64,000 bases of DNA from NCBI RefSeq assembly GCF_006345805.1, contig NW_021833013.1, forward strand, positions 1 through 64,000, given 5' to 3'. Below the pieces are notes generated by a model, which did no database searches, had not been told where the DNA came from, and saw nothing but the letters and a program-made list of their open reading frames with translations. The position numbers were made by a program, and so were the translations under genes. Source of the stretch: Octopus sinensis. Taxonomy: Eukaryota. Positions 52,709 to 59,234 of the stretch are shown piece after piece (the first letter of the stretch is position 1; each line of letters opens with the position of its first letter).

Positions 52709-53822
52709 TTTATTATTATAATAATTTAAAGGGCTCAGTTACGAGAAGCATTTCTCTATTAATTTCTCTTACTCGTTTCAGTCATTTAACTGTGGCCATG
52801 CTGGAGCACCACCTTAAATATTTAGGTATAGGGTTGATAATTTTGAAGGGAAGGAGTTAGCCAATACTGTTGCCCGTCTCCCCGCCTCTCCCTACTTAAC
52901 TGGTACTTTATTTTACCAACTCTTAGAGAGATGAGAGACGAAGTTGACGTTGATGGGATTTGAACCGAGAAACGTTATGAAACGGAATTGGTACCACGTG
53001 GTATTCTATCTCATGCTCTAACGACTCTGCCAAATCAGTGATCGGATAATGATGATGATGATGTTGATGATGAAAATGATCCAGGTTATGAGCACAAGAT
53101 CTGAAATTTGAGGAAGAGGGCGTTAGTCAATTACATGAGCCCCAGTTTGCTACTGGTACTTATTCGATCAGAATTTGAACTCGGAACATGAAGATGGACA
53201 AAATGCTGTGAAATTTTGGGGGAGGGGAGAAATCCATTACATCGACCCCCCCCCCAGTTCGTAACTGGTAATTATTTCATCACCCCCGCCACCCCCACCC
53301 CTGAAAGGGCGAAAGGTAAAGTCTACCTGAGCGGAATTTGAACTCAGAGTGTAAAGTAAGGACAGATGAAATGCCGCTAAGCATTTTGCCGAGTATGCTA
53401 ACGATTCTGCTAGTTCACCACCTTAATTAATGATATCAATAACAATAATAATAATAATAATAATAATACAATACCAGCAGATGACAACGTGTCTCTAAAA
53501 GAAATGGAGAAACTTTCAAAATACAAAGACCTGGAAATAGAGGTAACCAGAATGTGGAATCTAAAAACAGAATCAATTCCTATCATAGTAGGTGCATTAG
53601 GCATGATAAAAAAATATTCAGACAAATACATAACAAAAACACCAGGACTTACAAACACATATAACATACAGAAAATTACACTACTAGGCACTGCACACAT
53701 TCTACGCAGAACACTTTCCATACAATAACCATCAGAGCATCACAACAAATCACAGCACATACCCAAGGCACACAGAGCTGCGCTCGGTAGTGAAGTGAAA
53801 GCACGCTATAAAAATAAAACTA

Positions 53823-53862
<40 letters not shown>

Positions 53863-55283
53863 GTTTCAGATTTTGTCACAAAGTTCTTAATTTATCAACT
53901 CCGAAAGGAATTTAACCCTTTAGTGTTCAGATTATTCAATCAAACATAATGCCTCTTGATTCCCATTGATTTTAATTAATCATGCATTATCTCATATCTT
54001 CAAGATCTTGATGGTGTAATTACTTAATGTAGAATAACATTGTAGGGTAGGTGTGAGGGCCTGGATCTGGTTAGTTTGAACATAAAACAGATTAACTATT
54101 TTGGCCTGATATGGCCGGTTTAAATACTAAAGGGTTAAACATATTGGGCATATTTAAAGGGTTGCTGTTCTCTCATCATCACCACATCCAAACCAATAAT
54201 AATAATAATAATAATAAACCAGGCAGTGGCTCTCATGGCTTCTGATCTTTACTGATTCGAAGTGTTATCACGTACATTGTTTTGTCTTGGTATAAAAGAT
54301 GGACTACAGCAAATATTCTGCTCAATACCACAGATTTGCTTGTCAGTTGTTTGACCTTAACCAGTTGAGCATGTCCCTTAGTGGCTGACGATATGTGCAT
54401 CTCTGATCACAAGCAGAAGTAGTGGGGGAGCATCATAGCTATGTGTTGAGAGGGATTCTTTGGGGTTTGAATAATTCACCTCTGGAAATATGGGTGTTTC
54501 GTTCAACATCCTTAAACAACCCTTACTCAGGGACCTTTTGAGCAGGATGGGCTACTCGACCAGAAGAAGATTCTAACTGGGCCCCACCTGCAAGGTCATG
54601 TGCTGTTTATCTTGATATGAGATCACCATGTCGCGCACATATGGTTGTGATGCATGTGCTTAGTGTACCCTTATCAGACGGGTAGTCAAGATGGGTTTAC
54701 TGGGCTTCGTATATTTTACCCCAATGTCACTTTGATGGCATGAACTGCTCTCTCACTCAATAATAATAATAATAATAATAGTCCTTTCTACTCTAGGCAC
54801 AAGGCCTGAAATTTGGGAGGTGGGCGAGAGTCAATTACATTGACCCTGAAATGTTGAAAAAAAAGGTGGGCCTCGGTGGAATTTGAACTCAGAACGTAAG
54901 GACGGGCGAAATACCACTAAGCATTAAGCGTAGCGTGCTAACAGTTCTGCTAGCTCACCACCTCAATATGATAATAACAGTAATTAATAATGATAGACTA
55001 ATTATAATAGATTAGTAAAATATATAAAAAATTAAAAATACCTACTAACATCAACCTTGAACTGAGTTTGTGGGGAGGGAGGTCCAAAATCTGACAAGAC
55101 AAAAATGCCCTGCCCCTCTTGATTATTTGTGGCCTCCTTCCCCCTCCCCTCCCCCATACTTTTTAACCAACCGAAACCTGCTTTCTTTTCTCTCAGTGAC
55201 TGGCCTATTGCTGACCAGCGTGCTGACAGGGTCAGCTAGTGCACCTGACCTAGTGACCGCTTATCGAGTGCAAAATGAAGAGG
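6766..55283 (+). CDS. PPIP5K: Inositol hexakisphosphate / diphosphoinositol-pentakisphosphate kinase (PPIP5K/VIP1 family), partial multi-exon CDS: 14 exons, about 817 aa
   Basis: Spliced peptide contains family motifs I recall from human PPIP5K2: [76 protein letters not shown] and [17 protein letters not shown]. All 13 introns are GT-AG and phases are consistent across every junction. Confidence 0.96.
7784..7925 (+). CDS. PPIP5K: PPIP5K exon b (142 nt, phase 0 to 1): [47 protein letters not shown]
   Basis: poly-T then aaacag acceptor, G|gtaagt donor; frame continues from exon a. Confidence 0.95.
7960..8990. repeat. C-rich minisatellite: 18-bp CCGCCACCACCGTCACCC units, then alternating 74/68-bp units
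   Basis: Unit starts at 8445, 8519, 8587, 8661, 8729, 8803 and 8902. Confidence 0.9.
9066..9292 (+). CDS. PPIP5K: PPIP5K exon c (227 nt, phase 1 to 0): (E)[26 protein letters not shown]...[10 protein letters not shown]
   Basis: ttccag acceptor, CAG|gtacgt donor; most conserved block in the window. Confidence 0.97.
9369..10370. repeat. 129-bp tandem repeat grading into diverged units of about 120 bp
   Basis: CCATTTGTGACC at 9369, 9498, 9627 and 9756; related single copy near 12770-12860. Confidence 0.9.
10453..10586 (+). CDS. PPIP5K: PPIP5K exon d (134 nt, phase 0 to 2): [44 protein letters not shown]
   Basis: tttctag acceptor, CG|gtaagt donor; not in the ORF track, found by reading. Confidence 0.95.
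11390..11504 (+). CDS. PPIP5K: PPIP5K exon e (115 nt, phase 2 to 0): (R)[38 protein letters not shown]
   Basis: ttttacag acceptor, GAT|gtaagt donor; carries the FTSESH motif of the phosphatase-like domain. Confidence 0.97.
11710..12085 (-). mobile_element. tRNA-derived SINE family E
   Basis: Reverse complement of the 40546 copy with a short head deletion; 11-bp TSD CCATTTGATTT at 11699-11709 and 12086-12096. Confidence 0.88.
12581..12688 (+). CDS. PPIP5K: PPIP5K exon f (108 nt, phase 0 to 0): [36 protein letters not shown]
   Basis: ttttgcag acceptor, AAG|gtattg donor; conserved DEQW..AM and [11 protein letters not shown]. Confidence 0.96.
14158..14356. repeat. 199-bp near-perfect inverted repeat with arms of about 95 bp
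   Basis: GACAACTACAGTGG...CCACTGTAGTTGTC; 2 substitutions and a 1-nt indel in the arms. Confidence 0.93.
14444..14557 (+). CDS. PPIP5K: PPIP5K exon g (114 nt, phase 0 to 0): [38 protein letters not shown]
   Basis: ttcttcag acceptor, CAG|gtaatg donor; ELHFSPGA marks the end of the conserved domain. Confidence 0.95.
15841..17150. repeat. 44-bp minisatellite, about 30 units, inside a piggyBac-type MITE
   Basis: Unit GCTGGCTCAAATAGCCTACTTGTTTTGTGTCCAAAACAGCCAGA; MITE sequence resumes at about 17150-17330. Confidence 0.92.
17551..18540 (+). CDS. PPIP5K: PPIP5K exon h (990 nt, phase 0 to 0): 330-aa acidic low-complexity segment [13 protein letters not shown]...ENSCKPKK
   Basis: gctgcag acceptor and AAA|gtaagt donor bound a stop-free purine-rich frame inside ORF 17455-18666; in phase with both neighbours. 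No homology recognised. Confidence 0.85.
18822..19041. mobile_element. piggyBac-type MITE
   Basis: TTAA|CCCTTTCGTTAC...GTAACGAAAGGG|TTAA; the homologous host repeat near 54505-54520 has a single TTAA. Confidence 0.9.
19600..19719 (+). CDS. PPIP5K: PPIP5K exon i (120 nt, phase 0 to 0): [40 protein letters not shown]
   Basis: tctttccag acceptor, AAG|gtaagt donor; open and in phase; unique sequence among repeats. Confidence 0.85.
19740..19908 (-). mobile_element. Second, internally deleted 3' end of the same CR1 family
   Basis: 19771-19878 nearly identical to 20122-20228, then jumps to the ORF-end sequence; own (ATT)n tail. Confidence 0.8.
20098..20812 (-). mobile_element. 5'-truncated CR1-type LINE
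   Basis: ORF 20264-20776: [19 protein letters not shown]...[10 protein letters not shown]...YSERL..L..L..RRL...TRGH..K...[12 protein letters not shown]; 3' UTR and (ATT)n tail. Confidence 0.92.
23191..23293 (+). CDS. PPIP5K: PPIP5K exon j (103 nt, phase 0 to 1): [34 protein letters not shown]
   Basis: tttttacag acceptor, G|gtaatt donor; supplies the phase 0 to 1 switch needed for later exons. Confidence 0.82.
23455..23910 (+). mobile_element. Family C copy with four 62-63 bp internal units
   Basis: Units start at 23466, 23529, 23591, 23653 and 23716, then the common tail. Other copies: about 5290-5575(+), 7065-7280(-), 13660-13850, 25870-26450(-), 51590-51730(+), 56510-56650(-), 60310-60785(+), 62815-63190(+). 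Confidence 0.8.
24375..24895. repeat. 86-87 bp tandem repeat x6 derived from SINE F
   Basis: GGGGAAC at 24375, 24461, 24548, 24635, 24721 and 24808. Confidence 0.92.
27195..27575 (+). mobile_element. Older decayed RTE-like LINE 3' end with family C tail
   Basis: [28 protein letters not shown]...[13 protein letters not shown] followed by a diverged family C tail and (GAT)n. Confidence 0.7.
28910..28963 (+). CDS. PPIP5K: PPIP5K small exon k (54 nt, phase 1 to 1): (D)[17 protein letters not shown]
   Basis: ttcctttctttacag acceptor, A|gtaagt donor; open and frame-preserving. Confidence 0.72.
   Translation, partial: THLTVVTWKWMTHSTQS
28968..29790. repeat. Degenerate 60-100 bp repeat carrying CACTCACTAATTCACTGACC
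   Basis: About 9 diverged units starting right after the exon k donor. Confidence 0.8.
30310..30925. repeat. Degenerate satellite of about 28 bp with internal dyad TTGCCTT..AAGGCAA and a 168-bp duplication
   Basis: GCCTTATTTAAAATAC at 30465 and 30633. Confidence 0.75.
30926..31134. mobile_element. piggyBac-type MITE, second family
   Basis: TTAA|CCCTTTAGT...ACTAAAGGG|TTAA. Near-identical copy at 53916-54134; related copies at 60994-61215, about 60790-60989 (sharing a TTAA) and about 15590-15812. Confidence 0.88.
32257..32488 (-). mobile_element. tRNA-derived SINE family A, monomer
   Basis: 18-bp TSD TCCAGTTGAAAGGATACT at 32239-32256 and 32489-32506. Central GCCGAGGTCGACTTTGCCTTTCATCCTTTCGGGGTCGATAAA resembles the Meta SINE domain (from memory). 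More than 15 copies, e.g. 7295-7525, 12354-12523, 49354-49585, 58925-59145, 61221-61450. Confidence 0.85.
33345..33690 (+). mobile_element. tRNA-derived SINE family F
   Basis: Head with TGGCTCAGCGG and GCTCGAATCCC boxes; tail GACCGAAGGGGGTCTTTACCC. Other copies about 61670-61989(-), 24270-25025(+), and a head at 34780-34898(-). Confidence 0.82.
33974..34057 (+). CDS. PPIP5K: PPIP5K exon l (84 nt, phase 1 to 1): [27 protein letters not shown]
   Basis: attgtcag acceptor, A|gtaagt donor; RSxSL motifs as in exon j. Confidence 0.8.
34166..34712 (+). mobile_element. Composite hAT-type MITE: two copies plus a 127-bp spacer, 8-bp TSD GTTCAAGC
   Basis: TIRs CAGTGGTTTTCAA / TTGAAAAGCACTG; copies 34166-34384 and 34512-34712; TSD at 34158-34165 and 34713-34720. 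Confidence 0.88.
34899..35956. mobile_element. Foldback DNA element with about 390-bp arms and duplicated right end
   Basis: GGATCTTTTC...GAAAAGATCC termini; arms about 34899-35292 and 35316-35700; 35445-35700 repeated at 35701-35956; TSD ACGTGCCT / ACGTGTCT (7 of 8). A truncated arm also at about 13423-13658. Confidence 0.85.
35990..36150 (+). mobile_element. Possible decayed fragment of an RLE-type LINE C-terminus
   Basis: [40 protein letters not shown] resembles the IPI.IGALG motif region; judged by eye only. Confidence 0.4.
36228..36278 (-). ncRNA. Type-I hammerhead ribozyme motif, mirror copy on the minus strand
   Basis: Left arm of the palindrome; identical except stem II loop UUUU instead of AUUU. 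Confidence 0.72.
36275..36325 (+). ncRNA. Type-I hammerhead ribozyme motif, sense to host pre-mRNA
   Basis: AGCTTC-CTGATGA-T TTC ATTT GAA T-GAAA CAG-TTCTAGTC-CTGT A/GAAGCT. Stem I 6 bp (36275-80 with 36320-25), intact core, stem II 3 bp closed by U.U, stem III ACAG/CTGT, GUA site with cut after 36319. Confidence 0.72.
36557..36664 (+). CDS. PPIP5K: PPIP5K exon m (108 nt, phase 1 to 1): (T)[35 protein letters not shown]
   Basis: (CT)n then ttccag acceptor, G|gtaagt donor; open in the required phase. Confidence 0.8.
36835..37430 (+). mobile_element. SINE A concatemer: one head plus three 184-bp units
   Basis: TATTTCGTCTG recurs at 36879, 37063 and 37247. Similar multimers at about 2742-3330, 14681-15099(-), 21335-21745 and 52300-52670(-). 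Confidence 0.88.
37961..38726. repeat. 20-bp minisatellite, about 38 units, alternating into 40-bp dimers
   Basis: GTACCCTGACCTCATCAATA alternating with GTACCCTATCCTTGTCAATA. Confidence 0.92.
38935..39440. repeat. Interrupted (CT)n polypyrimidine tract
   Basis: About 500 nt almost entirely C/T on the plus strand. Confidence 0.95.
40546..40934 (+). mobile_element. tRNA-derived SINE family E, full length
   Basis: A-box TGGCCCAGTGG, B-box GGTTTCGATTCC; 13-bp TSD ATATCTTTGACGG at 40533-40545 and 40935-40947. Confidence 0.88.
42555..43005 (+). mobile_element. Family C copy nested in the internal (TA)n of a B-D SINE
   Basis: Flanked by the D half (about 42275-42480) and B half (about 43010-43168) of one minus-strand SINE. 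Confidence 0.8.
43170..46936. repeat. Very long interrupted (ATT)n microsatellite, about 3.8 kb
   Basis: ATT with periodic GTT variants; source of the 1059-1276 aa artefact ORFs. Confidence 0.98.
47228..47247 (+). CDS. Candidate alternative terminal or poison exon: (G)VMKCI-stop
   Basis: About 85 nt of pyrimidine tract, CCCTAAT branch-like motif at 47207-47213 and ttcag. In phase 1 reaches TGA at 47245-47247. No transcript evidence. Confidence 0.3.
47250..48620. repeat. (TA/CA)n block (47250-47830) and (TA/TG)n block (48165-48620)
   Basis: Compositionally complementary microsatellite blocks. Confidence 0.93.
48621..48775. repeat. 155-bp palindrome (75-bp arms, 5-nt loop), probable foldback MITE
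   Basis: TTATATAGAGGGTACT...AGTACCCTCTATATAA; 3 mismatches. Confidence 0.9.
50690..51357. repeat. 144-145 bp tandem repeat x4.5 derived from a SINE A variant
   Basis: GTAGCAAAATT at 50690, 50834, 50979, 51124 and 51269. Confidence 0.92.
53469..53826 (+). mobile_element. 5'-truncated R4/Dong-like LINE (restriction-like endonuclease C-terminus) in a (TAA)n tract
   Basis: [44 protein letters not shown]...[16 protein letters not shown]-stop (53728), intact frame; (TAA)n on both sides. Confidence 0.85.
54225..54780 (+). mobile_element. Unclassified retroposon 3' region with (AAT)n tail
   Basis: Reverse-complement homologue at about 18770-19275, there interrupted by the piggyBac MITE. Confidence 0.6.
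55197..55283 (+). CDS. PPIP5K: PPIP5K exon n (87 nt, phase 1 to 1): (V)[28 protein letters not shown]
   Basis: cttttctctcag acceptor, G|gtacgt donor; resembles human AGLFSTSVLGGSSSAPNL in the C-terminal region. Confidence 0.88.
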
Positions 55284-57102
55284 GTACGTTGTTATTTATC
55301 CGCAAAAAAAATTTTTTAAAAATAATAATTAAAAAAAAAACTGTTTGTGTGTCCCACGTCCCCCACACCTCGTCCAGCTGCTGTCTTCTCTTTCAGTCTG
55401 GCCGCCGCCTCCTTCCTCCTTCTGCTGTGTTTGCTCTTGTTGTCCATTCTTGCACCACTGCCACCAACACTCCACCACCCTCCTGCTTGCTCTTCCCTCC
55501 TCTTCTGCTTTTCACTGCTTTCTCTTCCTCTTTTTCTTGACAAAAAAAAAAAATACAATAAAGAAACACCCCAGCTACAACCTTTTTGTATGTTCCCTGC
55601 CTGATCTTGCTCCCTTTTTTTTGTTCCCCTTCTTTCTTCCAGCTCCATCCAACCTCCACTGCTTCTTTTCACTTTTCTTTCTCCTATTCGGTCTGTTCCT
55701 CCGGCCTTTCTTTTAGCTTTCCTTTACCACGGTTTGTCATACTACTACTACTACTATGTCTCACTGCCACCACCGCCGCCGCCGCCACCACCACCACCAT
55801 TGTTGTCTTCTGGGCTTGACTGTTTCGGCAGCGGAGTGGAGTTCAGGGGTTTGGACAGGAGGGAGAGGGTTCTCCGCCTCCTTTCTATAACGGTTGTGGT
55901 CAAACAACAACTTCTATATTTTTTTGCCAAAGCCTTCCGCATTGTCCAGCCGGTCAAGTGCTCCTTCCCATCCAGGCCGACCAAAGCCTTGTGAATGGAT
56001 TTGGTAGATGGAAACTGTAAGAAGCCCATCATATATATACTCTTTTACCTCTTTCAGTCATTTGACTGTGGCCGTGCTGTGGCACCGCCTTTTAGTCGAG
56101 CAAATCGACCCTGGGACTTATTCTTTGTGAGCCTAGTACTTATTCTATCGGTCTCTTTTGCCGAACCACTACATTATGGAGACGTAAACACACCAGCATC
56201 GGTTGTCAAGCAATGTTGGGGTGACAAACACAGACACACAAACACGCACACTTGTATATATATATGCATATATACGATGGGCTTCTTTCAGTTTCCATCT
56301 ACCAAATCCACTCACAAGGCTTTGGTCAGCCCAAGGCTATAGCAGAAAACACTTGCCCAAGGTGCCACGCAGTGGGACTGAATCCAGAACCATGTGGTTG
56401 GTACTTATTCTAATGGTCTCCTTTGCCAAACTGCTAAGTTATGGAGACATAAACACACCATCACCAGTTGTCATGTGATGCCAGGGGTGGGGTGGATACA
56501 CACACACATCATCATCATTTAATGTCCATTTTCCATGCTTGCATGGGTTGGACGGTTTTGACTGAGGGCTGGCAACCAGATGGGTGCACCAGGCTCCAGT
56601 CTTGATCTGGCAGAGTTTCCTCAGCTGGATGCCCTTCCTAACGCCTATATATATATATATATATATGGTGAGCTTCTTCCAGTTGTTTCTGTGGAGCCCA
56701 ATGCTCAGAAGGTGCTCTTTATGTGCCACTAACATGGGTGCCAGCTACGTGACGCAGGCGTCAGCCATGACTCCTATTTCCGAGTTGACCTGTCCTCGGA
56801 ATATTCTCCCAAACGGTGACAGTGTGTATTGTAACGTTTCCTGCCCAGCAAATCAGCTGCTGGCTTTGCACCTTGAAAAGTGTGTAAAATAAGGGACCTC
56901 ACCTTCCCCACCCTCACTTGAAAAGGAAAAAAAGAAAAAAGAAGCAGAAAACAGGTTTTTTTTTTTTAAAGGTATTAATAACTGAAAAGGCATCTGGCTG
57001 CAAGTTGTTAAACTAGACTTCAATAAAACCTTCATCTAACCCATGCTGACATGAGAAAATAGATGTAAAAATGAACTAATGAACACACACGCATGAACAT
57101 AT

Positions 57103-57149
<47 letters not shown>

Positions 57150-57154
<5 letters not shown>

Positions 57155-57534
57155 TAAAGCTGAAGTTGTTTGTGTGTGGCAGGTTTGGTAGCCTTCAACT
57201 AACACTATCTCCTCTGAGACCCTGCAACATAAGTTGACCAAAATTGAGAGTATGATAGAAGAAGGCTTGCTCTTCATTCTGTAGAAGATAAATTTCAAAT
57301 TGGACCATGTTAACACCCAAAATTATTTACATAAAAAAAGGTGCTTTTTTTCTATGAAAATCCCTATTTTTTACGATTTTTTTACTGCTCTGTCACCATT
57401 TTTCGGTGTATTTCAACCTGAAAAATGTCCACTTAAAGAGAATAACAAGGTATATAATGCAAAATTTTTACTTTTCAAAAATTCCAATTCTAAAGGGTCG
57501 AAACAAACCCGAGCAACGCCGGGCGATACTGCTA

Positions 57535-57535
<1 letters not shown>
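57150..57535 (+). mobile_element. Non-autonomous Helitron-type element
   Basis: CCCG-AGCAACGC-CGGG hairpin at 57508-57523, CTAG|T at 57532-57536; 5' end blurred in (TA)n. Confidence 0.8.
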
Positions 57536-57577
<42 letters not shown>

Positions 57578-58327
57578 ATATATATATGGTGCTTTTACGT
57601 GTCACCGGCACGGGGGCCAGGCGAGGCTGTGAAACAAAACCAAAACAGGTGGAGCCAATGCTCAGAAGGTTCTCTTTATGTGTATCTGTAGGGGCCGGGC
57701 ATGGCTGTCTGTTAAGGAACTTGCTTCCCAGCCACGTGATTCCAGGTTCTCTCTTTCTCTCTATTAGGATCTCACCAAGCGTGTTGCCCCTGCCGTGCAT
57801 TGAACCAGCCATGGGCTAAAATAATGGTGTGGGGTGGGGTGGAGGAGGAGAATGTTTCAGTTTTGTTTTCAGGTTTGATTTAAGGTGCATGGGCCTTTTC
57901 TTTCCACCTTCCATATATCTGTGTTTTAAATATAGTTTATATCTGTGTGTGTGTGTGTGTGTGTATGCATATATATGTGTATGTATATGCATATATGTGT
58001 TTATGTATATGTGTGTGTGTGTGTATTTGTATGTATATGTATATATATATATGTGTATATATGTATGTATATATATGTATGCGCATATATATATGTGTAT
58101 ATATGTATGTATATATATGTAAGCGCATATGTATATATATGTATGTGTGTATATATACATACACATACAAATATACACACATATGTATATGCATATATGT
58201 GTTTATGTATATGCGTGTGTGTGTATATTTGTATGTGTATGTATATATATGTGCGTGTATATATATATGTATGTATGTATATATATGTATGCGCATATAT
58301 ATATGTATATATATGTATGTGTGTATC

Positions 58328-58533
58328 TATACATAAGGACATCATGCTCGGAATGGTCAGTGGCAAGAGAGGAAGAGGCCGACCAAGAACCCGCTGGCTT
58401 GACACCATCAGGAGTGATACCGGAATGGACATAGCCAGTCTGAAGGAAGCGGCCCAGGATAGAACTGACTGGAGGACACTGATCCAACGAGTGACTGAGA
58501 GTCGACTTCGACTGAACGGATAGAGAGAGAGAG
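58328..58533 (+). mobile_element. RTE/BovB-like LINE 3' end
   Basis: KDIMLGMVSGKRGRGRPRTRWLDTIRSDTG...KEAAQDRTDWRTLIQRVTESRLRLNG-stop, then (AG)n. Confidence 0.88.
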
Positions 58534-58540
58534 TATATAT

Positions 58541-58571
<31 letters not shown>

Positions 58572-58619
58572 TGGTGGTGGTTGTCTACTCCTTGAGCAGT
58601 GATTCACCACCTCCTGTAC

Positions 58620-58868
58620 CTACAACTTAGCATTGTCATGGCATCTGATGTGGCTTTTTAAACCAGACAATGTATTGGAAAGACACCCACGTAGATCGTA
58701 TAACCGTTTTGGACCACCAAGAGCTGCAGTGAAGTTCTGATCTTTGTGGATCTTAAAATGGCTTTTTGAGGCCTCCATTTCGAATACAGATCTTATGGCA
58801 CACACGGCATTGAAAGGTGTGCACAAACATAGGCAGAATAGTTCCAAGGAACTGCACACCCCCAGCAT
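58620..58868 (-). mobile_element. Possible decayed RTE C-terminus with zinc-knuckle-like ending
   Basis: Ends GCLSNTLSGLKSHIRCHDNAKL-stop, like the C..S..GL.SH.R.H ends of some RTE ORF2s. Confidence 0.4.
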
Positions 58869-59155
58869 CTATCTGCACATGTGTGTGTGTGTGTATATAT
58901 ATATATATGTATATATATATATGTAAGGCGAGCTGGCAGAAACGTTAGCACGCTGGGCGAGATGCTTAGCGGTATTTCGTCTGTGTTACGTTCTGAGTTC
59001 AAATTCCGCCGAGGTCGACTTTGCCTTTCATCGTTTCAGGGTCGATAAATAAAGTACCAGTTACGCACTGGGGTCGATGTAATCGACTTAATCCATTTGT
59101 CTGTCCTTGTTTGTCCCCTCTATGTTTAGCCCCTTGTGGACAATAAATATATATG

Positions 59156-59234
<79 letters not shown>

